Part shown: piece by piece, positions 54,097 through 63,458 of the stretch
How the letters are laid out: the number at the start of each line of letters is the position of its first letter
How positions within the stretch are numbered: position 1 is the first letter of the stretch
Source: Bdellovibrionales bacterium
Lineage (GTDB): Bacteria > Bdellovibrionota > Bdellovibrionia > Bdellovibrionales > UBA1609
DNA length: 64,000 nucleotides
Direction of reading: 5' to 3'
NCBI GenBank assembly: GCA_965226095.1
Contig: OZ245336.1
Coordinates: 143,472 to 207,471, forward strand
The notes under the pieces: generated by a model
Told to the model about the DNA's origin: nothing
Databases searched by the model: none
Seen by the model: only the letters and a program-made list of their open reading frames with translations
Made by a program: the position numbers and the translations under genes

Positions 54097-55131
54097 TTAT
54101 AAGTTGGCTTCGATCTGTGTACTTTTAGCTTGGTCTGAAATGACTGCAGATGGATGATACTCACTAGATGACATTTTTCTTAAATGAAATTCTATATTAG
54201 CAATGAGAAGAACAAGTAAATGATCCTCTGGATAAAAATATTTGATAGCTTTTTTACCTTGAAGCAATGATTGCTGTATAGTATTTACCACCTTTGTAAC
54301 TTCTCCATCAGTCATGGTATTAAAAGAATTTAAAAGTAACGTTCTGTAATGATCATGTAAAATTTGGACCAGTTGCTTATAATATTGATCCGACCTAGGC
54401 TCGATAAAGAAACCTTCTATTTGTTTTAAAGTATCAAACAACACACTATGTTCCCTTATTGAAATATCCTGAAAATGATTAATAGCCCTGAAAAAAGAAT
54501 CCTGACATTCATACCCATGTATTTTATCTTTTTCTATCTGAAAACGAATAAAACTGGAATCAGACATTCTAATTTGATGCCAACACTTGGAATGTAACTC
54601 ACAATGAGTGGAATAATATAACTCAGAAAATGAACATATAGGTTCCAAATAACCTTCATTAAGTATAACCAATGGACTAAAACTATAAATTTTTATATTT
54701 TTATTCAATTTTAGTACAATAGCTATTATTTGATCCGAATAAAAATTAAATACTCTTATTTTATCTCCCTTAGAAGCCTTTCTTTCCAAAAAACCATTAA
54801 TAATATCTATTAAATCTTGTTGATCATCAATGACAATACGTTGATTGTAATCTTTTAACTTCCAATCTTCTAAACTAAACTCATTAGAAAGTTCATACTC
54901 TTTTGCAAAACTGTGCAACTCTTGTTCTATACTCTTTTTTAGTGTAACACACCACGTTTGCCAATATGGAAAAGATAAAGCAGTTTTATAAAACTGTTGT
55001 AATATTTCAGGAGTGAACTTTTGCTTTGCATAACAAAACAAATTCAAATAATTATAAAGTGTGTACCTTACTTTATTTTTCGATAAAGATCTTTTAAATA
55101 AAAAATTTTTAAATTGAGTGACAGAACTCAT
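54097..55131 (-). CDS. Hypothetical protein
   Basis: 344-aa ORF, the only long frame in this interval. No family recognised. Confidence 0.5.
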   Translation of the reverse strand: MSSVTQFKNFLFKRSLSKNKVRYTLYNYLNLFCYAKQKFTPEILQQFYKTALSFPYWQTWCVTLKKSIEQELHSFAKEYELSNEFSLEDWKLKDYNQRIVIDDQQDLIDIINGFLERKASKGDKIRVFNFYSDQIIAIVLKLNKNIKIYSFSPLVILNEGYLEPICSFSELYYSTHCELHSKCWHQIRMSDSSFIRFQIEKDKIHGYECQDSFFRAINHFQDISIREHSVLFDTLKQIEGFFIEPRSDQYYKQLVQILHDHYRTLLLNSFNTMTDGEVTKVVNTIQQSLLQGKKAIKYFYPEDHLLVLLIANIEFHLRKMSSSEYHPSAVISDQAKSTQIEANL

Positions 55132-55202
55132 GTTTTAGATCATAAATGAAAAATAAGCCATTCGTCGAGTAAATTTATATATCTCTTTGGAGGAAGTGTG
55201 TC

Positions 55203-55490
55203 ATGGAAAGAAAAATTATCAACCAACTATTTCAAGAGCCCATAAAGAATCAAAAACAAGAAGCAGTTACTCTCTCTATGCAAGACTGGAAAGAGCTGAT
55301 CTCCCGCTTGGATCAAACAGAAGCACAAACAAAAGCCTGCAATGAAAAAATAAATTACACTTCTTTAAAAGTTTTAACCTGGTTAAAACAAGTTAAAGAA
55401 AAATTGGACACGATTTCTGAAAAACAACTGGAAAACAAGGAATTAGAGGAAAAGGCGCGTCAACAACATGACACAATGGAAACTAATTAA
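55203..55490 (+). CDS. Hypothetical small coiled-coil protein
   Basis: 95 aa with a GGAGGAAG RBS upstream. Charged and helical. No family recognised. Confidence 0.45.
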   Translation: MERKIINQLFQEPIKNQKQEAVTLSMQDWKELISRLDQTEAQTKACNEKINYTSLKVLTWLKQVKEKLDTISEKQLENKELEEKARQQHDTMETN

Positions 55491-56004
55491 ATTTCTCTTG
55501 GTTTTTTAGCTTTCTTTCTTCCTGCAAATGTGAAAAATAAATCATTATCATTGCCGATATCACACCTGTCACAATAGCAATATCACCCACATTAAATGCC
55601 GGCCACACATAATCTTTAAAATAAAAATCCAAAAAATCAATAACATAGCCAAAATGTACTCTATCGATATAGTTACCTAGTGCACCTCCAAAGATAGAAG
55701 CAAAAGCCAAAAGTTGATACTTTTCATTCTCTTTCAACTGATGCACAATAGAAATAATAAAACCAAAGGCCAGGATAGGCAGTATTAAAAATAACACCGT
55801 GCGAATAACATCATTACTCTGAGAAAAAAAGCCAAAAACACCACCTCTATTTTGAACATAGGTAATATTAAAGAATTCAGGAATAACGATTTTTTTCTCA
55901 CCTAAATTAAAACTTGTATGCACCATAAGCTTGGTTGCTTGATCCAAAGCCAATATAGCAAAAGAAATAGAAAGAAAAACAGGATATTTAAGATATTTTT
56001 TCAT
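55483..56004 (-). CDS. lspA: Lipoprotein signal peptidase (signal peptidase II)
   Basis: 173 aa with 4 TM segments and NRGGVFGF and GNYIDR...GYVIDFLDF motifs. 4-nt overlap with ileS, which is the conserved ileS-lspA arrangement. Confidence 0.9.
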   Translation of the reverse strand: MKKYLKYPVFLSISFAILALDQATKLMVHTSFNLGEKKIVIPEFFNITYVQNRGGVFGFFSQSNDVIRTVLFLILPILAFGFIISIVHQLKENEKYQLLAFASIFGGALGNYIDRVHFGYVIDFLDFYFKDYVWPAFNVGDIAIVTGVISAMIMIYFSHLQEERKLKNQEKFN

Positions 56005-58769
56005 AGATTATTAACACATTTTAGACATATTTCTTGATTATTCAACTGTTCACTGTAATGCCAGCAACGAATACACTTATGGCCTGATGCTTTTTTCACT
56101 TTTACCTCCAATTGATTTTTCGAAATAGATTGAATATCCAATTTAGAAACAATTAATAGCTCTTTTAATGTATCTGCTAAAGGATTCAATTTTTTAAATA
56201 ACGTATCTGGGAGCAAAACTGTCACTGAACTTTCAAGACTGGAACCAATAATTTGCTGTTTCCGCATATTTTCCATTTCATAAAACACCTTCTGTCGAAT
56301 CTTTAACATGAGTTTAAATTTTTCATGTATATGAGAATCCATCCATTCCTTTGGTATACTTGGAAAATCTGTCAATAAAATACTTTCTTCTTTTTTCCCT
56401 GGCATATACTGATAAGCTTCTTCACAGAGAAAAGTCATAATCGGACTCATACTGGATAAAAGCTTTTGAAGCATTAAGTAAATAGCACTTTGTCCGGATC
56501 TCCTGGCCTTTCCATCTTTTTTAAAAGTATATAACCTATCTTTTAAAATATCCAAATAAAGAGCTGACAGTTGTGTAGTGAAAAATACATTCAAGTCTTG
56601 ATAAATTTTATGAAACTGAAAATTTTCATAATGCCTGCGCATTTGTTCAATGAGTTTAGCCAACTGATTCAAAATCCATTGATCCAATTCTTTCATTTCC
56701 GAAAAAGCAATCATATCTTTATCTGGATCAAAGTTCTGTAAATTACCTAACATAAATCGTAAAGTGTTTCTAAATCGACGATAGGATTCAGTAATGCGAT
56801 TAAAAATTTCAGTTCCGGCTTGCAGATCTTGAGAATAATCCTCACTCGTGGCCCATAATCGTAAAATTTCTGCGCCTCTTTCCTGAATCACTTTTTCCAA
56901 ATATATAACATTGCCTTTACTTTTACTCATTTTGTTTCCCTGAGCATCATTTACAAAACAATGTGTAAGCAAAGACTTAAAAGGACTTTTCCCCTCTAAA
57001 GCAATGGAAGCATTGAGACTGGTCTGAAACCATCCTCTATGCTGATCACTGCCTTCCAGATATATATCTGCCGGAAAAGTATGAGCACCATAGATCTTTT
57101 TTAAAACATAATGACAAATGCCGCTATCAAACCAAACATCAACAATATCTTTTCCTTTTTCAAAACTATTCGAATTTTTACACTGTGTACATTGAGTATC
57201 CTTTGGCAATAATTCATCAACCGTGCGGGAAAACCAATATTCAATACCTTCTTTTGAATGTTCCATTTGATCAGCTAAATGAGATATAATTTCCACCGAA
57301 AGCAAAGGAGCTTCACATTGTCGACAATAAAACACAGGAATAGGTACACCCCAATGCCTTTGTCGACTTAGACACCAATCCGGACTTTTTTGAATCATGG
57401 CCTTTAGACGACGACGCCCCCATTCCGGATAAAACTGAATATTATTTTCAATTTCTGCAAGAGATTTTTTACGAATAGAATATTCTGGCTTATCAAACTG
57501 AATAAACCATTGATCTGTTGCTCTGAAAATAAGAGGTTTACCAGAACGAGGATTAAAAGGATAACTGTGTGTAATTTCTTTTTCTCCCAATAAACAACCC
57601 TCTTGTTTTAAATGATCTACAATAAGAGGATTAGCCTGAAAGACATTCAAGCCTTCCCATTCCGGTACTTCTGAAGTGAACCGGCCAGCTGCATCTACAG
57701 GAACAGTAAGTGGTAAATTATATTTAAGTCCTGTTACAAAATCATCCAAACCATGTCCGGGAGCCGTATGCACACAACCCGTCCCTTCTGTTTTAGTGAC
57801 ATAATCACCTAAAACAATCACAGAACTTTTATTCTCAATAAAAGGATGAACAGCTTTCTTTTTTTCTAAAGTTTTTCCCAAGAAAGTCTTACCTAAATGC
57901 GTAGTAATTAACTTTAGTTTCATGTCAGTATTGGCTTCAAAATTTTGTTTGGCATCTACTGCTAAAATCAAAAAATCTTTACCTGAATCAAAAACCCCAT
58001 ACTCAAATTCAGGGTGCAAACAAATCGCCTGATTGGCCGGCAGGGTCCATGGAGTAGTGGTCCATATTACAAAAGAACAAGGTTTCCCATCCAATTTTAA
58101 ATGCTGAGCCACTTCAGGAGCTGGAAATTTAACGTAGATAGAAGGACTTTTATGCTCTCGATACTCCGCCTCAGAAGAAGCAATGGCAGTTCTTAAAGCA
58201 AAACACCAATACACTGGTTTCTTTCCTCTATACAATAATTTCTTTTCAGCCAACCTAGCCAAAGCTCTTGTCTGTTCGGCTTCATATTCTGCATAAAGGG
58301 TCAATAAGGGGTTCTCCCAATCAGCCAAAACACCCAATCGTTCAAATTGTTGTTTTTGAATCTCCACCCAGTAATTAGCTTCTTTTCTACAAAGTTCTCT
58401 AATTTGTTTTGATGAAGAATCTTTTTTATTTTTTATTTTTTTCATAGCGCTTATTTCAATCGGCAAACCATGGCAATCCCAGATGGGAATAAAGGGACAA
58501 CATCGACCGGATAAATTCATATATTTAACAACGATATCCTTTAGAATCTTATTTAAGGCATGACCAACATGTAATTTACCATTGGCATAAGGAGGTCCAT
58601 CAACAAAACTGAAAAACTTTTTACCTTTTTGTTTTTGAAGTATTTTTGAATAAATATTCTTTTCTTTCCATTGTTGAATAAACAAAGGTTCTTTTTGAGG
58701 AAGATTGGCTTTCATGGGAAAGTCAGTTTTTGGTAAACATAAAGCCGGTTGATCATTTTTTTTTTGCAT
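56001..58769 (-). CDS. ileS: Isoleucine--tRNA ligase
   Basis: HIGH-type motif (PYANGKLHVGHALN), KMSKS, a CP1 editing region and a C-terminal Zn motif (CIRCWHY...CLKC). The preferred start is MQKKND at 58769. The ORF extends to 58835. Confidence 0.95.
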   Translation of the reverse strand: MQKKNDQPALCLPKTDFPMKANLPQKEPLFIQQWKEKNIYSKILQKQKGKKFFSFVDGPPYANGKLHVGHALNKILKDIVVKYMNLSGRCCPFIPIWDCHGLPIEISAMKKIKNKKDSSSKQIRELCRKEANYWVEIQKQQFERLGVLADWENPLLTLYAEYEAEQTRALARLAEKKLLYRGKKPVYWCFALRTAIASSEAEYREHKSPSIYVKFPAPEVAQHLKLDGKPCSFVIWTTTPWTLPANQAICLHPEFEYGVFDSGKDFLILAVDAKQNFEANTDMKLKLITTHLGKTFLGKTLEKKKAVHPFIENKSSVIVLGDYVTKTEGTGCVHTAPGHGLDDFVTGLKYNLPLTVPVDAAGRFTSEVPEWEGLNVFQANPLIVDHLKQEGCLLGEKEITHSYPFNPRSGKPLIFRATDQWFIQFDKPEYSIRKKSLAEIENNIQFYPEWGRRRLKAMIQKSPDWCLSRQRHWGVPIPVFYCRQCEAPLLSVEIISHLADQMEHSKEGIEYWFSRTVDELLPKDTQCTQCKNSNSFEKGKDIVDVWFDSGICHYVLKKIYGAHTFPADIYLEGSDQHRGWFQTSLNASIALEGKSPFKSLLTHCFVNDAQGNKMSKSKGNVIYLEKVIQERGAEILRLWATSEDYSQDLQAGTEIFNRITESYRRFRNTLRFMLGNLQNFDPDKDMIAFSEMKELDQWILNQLAKLIEQMRRHYENFQFHKIYQDLNVFFTTQLSALYLDILKDRLYTFKKDGKARRSGQSAIYLMLQKLLSSMSPIMTFLCEEAYQYMPGKKEESILLTDFPSIPKEWMDSHIHEKFKLMLKIRQKVFYEMENMRKQQIIGSSLESSVTVLLPDTLFKKLNPLADTLKELLIVSKLDIQSISKNQLEVKVKKASGHKCIRCWHYSEQLNNQEICLKCVNNL

Positions 58770-59030
58770 ATTAATTTTTTCTATAGATTTATCCTGTTTT
58801 GAAAACAAATTATAATCAATCAAACATAATATCAAGTTTAAAGTTTTTCTATATTAAAGAACTTATTAGATCCTACCAAAGTCTTATCAAAAAATAAGTA
58901 AAAATACAAAAAAACAAATATAAAGCTAATTTCCAACAATAAGTAAGTCTTGAAATTTTTTTTATTTTAGCCAAAAACACAGTTCATTATATATGCTATA
59001 ATTTATAAATGCCTCGAAGGAGAATAAAAT

Positions 59031-60488
59031 TTGTCATATCGTAAATTATTACTAATATTTTTTTACTTTATAAAAAGTCTTATAAAATACAGCATTTGTC
59101 TACAGATTTTTACAACATTTTCTTTAGAGATTGGAGTCAATGATACATACTCTTCTATAGAACCAGAAAAAATAGCCAGATTAAATACAGTTTTAAAAAA
59201 CAGCGTGTTCATTGTAGAACAAAACCCTGAAGCTATAGCAGAAAGACTCAATATCAGTGAATACGAACCTATATTATTTTCTGTATTAGCCACTGTCCGA
59301 TCTGAACTTCCCAAACAACAGGGTAAGTGGAAAATCATCCAATTACCTCCATCCAAAGAGACTAAGGCTTGTACAAGACCTATGTCACTAATGTTCAAAC
59401 AATCCCTAACAAACAGCCCTTATACTTTCGTTATTCTACCCAGTCCCTACTCTAATTGGAAAGAAGGTTCTACTATTAATCAATTATCTTATATTCTGGA
59501 TAAAAATTTTAATGAACCTAATATTATTACTTTCAATGGTTATTTATCTCCTGCTTTCCTTAGAAACAGTTGTCAATCTATTCCCTGGAATATTCTATCC
59601 CTCTCCAAAGATTTACATTTAAGGATTAGAAAATATTTAAATGAAGAACAACTTTCTTCAGAACACACTGGCATTATTGGCGTTTCAGGAGGTGGTTCTT
59701 TAACTATAGCTATGTTGGCACAAGCGTCTGATTTTTCAAAAACATATAATACTCAAAACACTTTTGGTTTGGGCGGTATGAGTTTAAGTCCCATCTTACA
59801 TGGTAGAGCCATATTACATAATCTGGACACTAAACATGCTCAAAGTACTATCAATCCCACATGGGGACTAAGTACTGGAGATTTAAAAAACTTGTGGCAT
59901 TTTTTACAGATTTTTATTTTACCTAAACAAGAACAGATTATGTACTTATATAATAAAAATCCAAGAGAATTTAGACAAAGGGTATTTAATGAATTTACTG
60001 TTTCTTACTTAAGAGATAGTTTAAAAGCTTTAAGATATCATCCATCTGACATCAATGGAGAAATGAATTATTATGATGTATATATCAATACCAGTTTTTT
60101 AAATGAAACCAGTATAAATCAATTTGTAAATAGATCTCCAACTATATGGAACGCAGATAATGTAACAATTTTTTCCTCAACAAATCACAACTTCAGTGCA
60201 AAAGTTCCTAATTACTCAACAATAAATACTTCTTTTGATCAAACCATCAGTTTGCAAAACGTATTGCCATTAATAGATAAACCTCTTTTTATCTATTCTG
60301 CGCAGGATGATTTAATTATCTTCCTTCCTAACGAGTCCAATCCTCTCTTTCATTCCAGTCTAGAGGTTTTAGAAGCGGCAAAAAACCATCCTCACATTAT
60401 AGTATTCAATCCTAAATACGGCTCCCATGCGGGAATTTTATTAGATCCTGTTTTCGAAGAGTTAGTAACAACATTTTTTAAACCTTAG
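59031..60488 (+). CDS. Putative membrane-anchored alpha/beta hydrolase
   Basis: 485 aa. Nucleophile elbow GIIGVSGGGS, later SAQDDLIIF and YGSHAGIL (candidate Asp and His). N-terminal TM segment. TTG start after an AAGGAG RBS. Confidence 0.55.
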   Translation: MSYRKLLLIFFYFIKSLIKYSICLQIFTTFSLEIGVNDTYSSIEPEKIARLNTVLKNSVFIVEQNPEAIAERLNISEYEPILFSVLATVRSELPKQQGKWKIIQLPPSKETKACTRPMSLMFKQSLTNSPYTFVILPSPYSNWKEGSTINQLSYILDKNFNEPNIITFNGYLSPAFLRNSCQSIPWNILSLSKDLHLRIRKYLNEEQLSSEHTGIIGVSGGGSLTIAMLAQASDFSKTYNTQNTFGLGGMSLSPILHGRAILHNLDTKHAQSTINPTWGLSTGDLKNLWHFLQIFILPKQEQIMYLYNKNPREFRQRVFNEFTVSYLRDSLKALRYHPSDINGEMNYYDVYINTSFLNETSINQFVNRSPTIWNADNVTIFSSTNHNFSAKVPNYSTINTSFDQTISLQNVLPLIDKPLFIYSAQDDLIIFLPNESNPLFHSSLEVLEAAKNHPHIIVFNPKYGSHAGILLDPVFEELVTTFFKP

Positions 60489-60524
60489 TGTGAAAAATTT
60501 TCATTATTGACATCTTATTTTCAC

Positions 60525-61418
60525 TCATTGACATTGCCAGCGTCTATGGTAAATAAAAAATTTCTCCAGCACAATAAACAACAGAGCAATATAAATCCAC
60601 AAGGCAAATGAACTAAAAGGTGCCAACTCAATTCCTCTATGCTCTGTTAAAGGTTTTAAAAAATAAAGTAACTGTAAAAACCATTCCCATAGTACATCTG
60701 TGAACAATCTTAAAAATGGAAAAGGCAAAGTTAATAAAGACAAAGGTAACAAAACACAAGAAGCTAGTGGAGCTATCAGCCAATTAACAACAATACTAAA
60801 AGGATGAAAGTTACTCCAACTGCTAATCAAAGGTAGCAGCAATAAATAAGTTAAAATACAGGATTTCCAACGGGACAAACGAGGGTTAACCATACCCAGA
60901 CTAGCCACCCAACTCAACTGTAAAGACAAAGAATGAACCCAAGTATGCTGGCACAACAAACATAACAACCCACTGATATGTACTCGTGTATAAGGACTCC
61001 AAAAAAGTTTCCACTTTTTATTGATTTGAATCATTACAAAAGAAAACAAAGCTCGTAAAATCGGCGGATTCAGTCCTGCACTAAAAGCATAGAGTAATAA
61101 AAAAAATACCAAACTCGTATTTTTAAACCGAAAACGAGGCAAAAAATTCCAAGCTTTTTCAATAAAAATCAAGTGCGCACCTGAGATCACCATCAAGTGA
61201 ATCACCCCTAAAGACATAAAAGTTTTTTTTAATATTCCTTCTGGCAACCTTTCTCCGCAAACCAGTGCAGAATAAATAGGCATTAGTGCTTCATTACCAC
61301 CACTAATGTTTTGTAAACACTCTGCGTGCAAAAATTGAGCCAGCCTTTGAACCGGTAAATAGAAGAACAAAGGCTTAATGCATAGTATAATAAATATTAA
61401 AATCAAGGAGCTTACCAT
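60525..61418 (-). CDS. ComEC/Rec2-family membrane protein, short (Competence-domain only)
   Basis: 297 aa, polytopic. SLGVIHLMVISGAHLIF matches the G..HL..ISG.H motif of the ComEC competence domain. No OB or metallo-beta-lactamase parts are present. Confidence 0.65.
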   Translation of the reverse strand: MVSSLILIFIILCIKPLFFYLPVQRLAQFLHAECLQNISGGNEALMPIYSALVCGERLPEGILKKTFMSLGVIHLMVISGAHLIFIEKAWNFLPRFRFKNTSLVFFLLLYAFSAGLNPPILRALFSFVMIQINKKWKLFWSPYTRVHISGLLCLLCQHTWVHSLSLQLSWVASLGMVNPRLSRWKSCILTYLLLLPLISSWSNFHPFSIVVNWLIAPLASCVLLPLSLLTLPFPFLRLFTDVLWEWFLQLLYFLKPLTEHRGIELAPFSSFALWIYIALLFIVLEKFFIYHRRWQCQ

Positions 61419-61484
61419 TTTACTTTTGTCTTGTTAGCAAAAAAGATTCCTGATTTTTTTTTCAGAAGAGGTTATTCTTCAAAG

Positions 61485-63356
61485 ATGAGATTTTTGAAGA
61501 TGAAAAAAATTCTTACAGAGATTATTTGTTATGTCATTTTATTGATTATGAGTGCCGGAGCAGGGTTCATGTTGTCTCGGACTATTTCCATATACCAAAA
61601 ATCAAAAAATAAATCCTCCTACCAACCAAATAATAGACTCCCTTCTTCCTATCAAGCCCCTCGTTTATTAGCTGAAACTGAAGATGAATTGAACACAGTT
61701 GAAACACTGGAAACACTGGAGACAAATGAAGTGGAAGAAAGTGAAGATGATTTGATAGATGCTTATGAACAAAATTTATATAAAACCTATATCAATTATT
61801 ATAGTCAGCAGGTTTCCACTCAGGATTGGGAAAGAGTAACCAGTGGTCGTGATGTGTATACTATACGAGAAAATGATACGCTTTGGGATATTAGTAAAGT
61901 TATGTTTGACGATCCTAACTACTGGCCAAAATTGTGGTCTGTGAATCCTTCACTAGGTAATCCACACCTTATTCGTCCGGGAGGCAATTTAGGCTTTATC
62001 CATGGAACTGCTGGACAAGCTCCATCCATGGTCATTTTAGATCCAGAAGCACAAAAACAAGCAGAACTTAAACAGAAAAAAGAGCCTCTTCCGGATTTTT
62101 TAAAAAATGCTGAAATTAAAGTACCTCCTCCCAAAAAATCTGTTCCGGTTTTAAACATTCTACCTGAAAGTTTACCATTTTTATATTTTCAATCTCAAGG
62201 CGCACCTGATGATTTATCAAATTTAGAGATTCAATATGAAAAACCAACTTTATCACACATTTCTTCATTGCCCTATTATATGTCTTCCAGTCGAATTTCC
62301 GGCCAAGGAAAAATATCTGACAAAAAACATGAAGGAATATGGTCAAGTACAGATGAAAGTATAATTTTAGAAATGAAAGAACCTGTAAACCCAGGACAAA
62401 AATTAATGATAGTTAAAAATCTGGGTAAATTAGTACCAAAAGGCCCTGGCGTCAGAGGTCCTTTCGGATACCAAATAGAAATTCAGGGAGAAGTGCAAGT
62501 CATTGGTCGAATAAAAGATTCTTTTGATTTGTATGAAGCTAATGTCACAGAAACATTAAGTCCCATCATCACAAAATCTTTTGTTATCACTCAATCGATT
62601 CCAAGGTTTGATTTTCAAGCAACAAATATAAATGGAGCTAGCGAAGCACAAATTATTGGTTTTCCTCCTTTTGCCAAAAACAGAAAAGTAGGAACATTAT
62701 TTTCTCTATTGTATTTAAACAAAGGGGGAGATAACGGCTTCTCTGTAGGGCAAATGTACCAGGTACAAGCCAACTCCCGTGGACGCAAAGATTTTCCCTA
62801 TGGATATAAAATTAAACTAGGAGAATTAAAAATTATTCATGTGGAAGATCGTTTTGCAACAGGTTTGATAACAGCTATGAGTGGTCCTATTCAATTAGGT
62901 GATCACGTGATCCCTATGAACGCCATTCTTTCCAAAGATAGTAGCGCTGATCCCTTTACAGATGAAAATGAACAAATAGATGAAGATGATGAGGATATAA
63001 TTATTGAAGAAGATAATTTAGAAAGTTTTGAAGATATCGACGATGAAGAATACATTGATGAGGAAGAACCTAGTGATGAAGATATCGACGATGAAGAATA
63101 CATTGATGAGGAAGAACCTAGTGATGAAGATATCGAGAAAGAAGAATACATTGATGAGGAAGAACCTAGTGATGAAGATATCGAGAAAGAAGAATACATT
63201 GAGGAAGAACCTAGTGATGAAGATATCGACGATGAAGAATACATTGAGGAAGAACCTAGTGATGAAGATATCGACGATGAAGAATACATTGAGGAAGAAC
63301 CTAGTGATGAAGATATCAACGATGAAGAATACATTGATGAGGAAGAGTTGGAATAA
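61485..63356 (+). CDS. LysM-domain membrane-anchored protein with a polyacidic C-terminal tandem repeat
   Basis: TM segment ILTEIICYVILLIMSAGAGFML. LysM-like block YTIRENDTLWDISKVMFDDPNYWPKLWSVNP...IRPGGNL. The C-terminus has 7 copies of EDI(D/E/N)(D/K)EEYI(D)EEEPSD. The start is uncertain (TTG 61431, ATG 61485 or 61500). Confidence 0.75.
   Translation: MRFLKMKKILTEIICYVILLIMSAGAGFMLSRTISIYQKSKNKSSYQPNNRLPSSYQAPRLLAETEDELNTVETLETLETNEVEESEDDLIDAYEQNLYKTYINYYSQQVSTQDWERVTSGRDVYTIRENDTLWDISKVMFDDPNYWPKLWSVNPSLGNPHLIRPGGNLGFIHGTAGQAPSMVILDPEAQKQAELKQKKEPLPDFLKNAEIKVPPPKKSVPVLNILPESLPFLYFQSQGAPDDLSNLEIQYEKPTLSHISSLPYYMSSSRISGQGKISDKKHEGIWSSTDESIILEMKEPVNPGQKLMIVKNLGKLVPKGPGVRGPFGYQIEIQGEVQVIGRIKDSFDLYEANVTETLSPIITKSFVITQSIPRFDFQATNINGASEAQIIGFPPFAKNRKVGTLFSLLYLNKGGDNGFSVGQMYQVQANSRGRKDFPYGYKIKLGELKIIHVEDRFATGLITAMSGPIQLGDHVIPMNAILSKDSSADPFTDENEQIDEDDEDIIIEEDNLESFEDIDDEEYIDEEEPSDEDIDDEEYIDEEEPSDEDIEKEEYIDEEEPSDEDIEKEEYIEEEPSDEDIDDEEYIEEEPSDEDIDDEEYIEEEPSDEDINDEEYIDEEELE
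63030..63347 (+). repeat. Coding tandem repeat, 45/48-bp unit, 7 copies (acidic)
   Basis: GAAGATATCGACGATGAAGAATACATTGA(TGA)GGAAGAACCTAGTGAT can be read directly as repeats in the sequence. Confidence 0.9.
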
Positions 63357-63458
63357 AAACAGCCTATTTTGCTGATGTGATTACAGGATTTACTAAATCC
63401 CAATGGTGGCAGAGAATAGCTGATAAATTAAAAATAAATCATTGAAACAGGTAAAAAT

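Noticed and set aside
60489-60505. A fourth copy of the TGTGAAA-type palindrome (TGTGAAAAATTTTCATT).
   Set aside because: I did not call it as an operator. It lies between the 3' ends of two convergent genes, and its right arm is degenerate. It is mentioned under the regulon finding only as a weak relative.
62903-63403. A minus-strand 166-aa Ser-rich ORF and a plus-strand 115-aa alternate-frame ORF over the acidic repeat.
   Set aside because: Both are frame artefacts of the GAA/GAT-rich tandem repeat. The LysM protein frame is continuous from upstream unique sequence.
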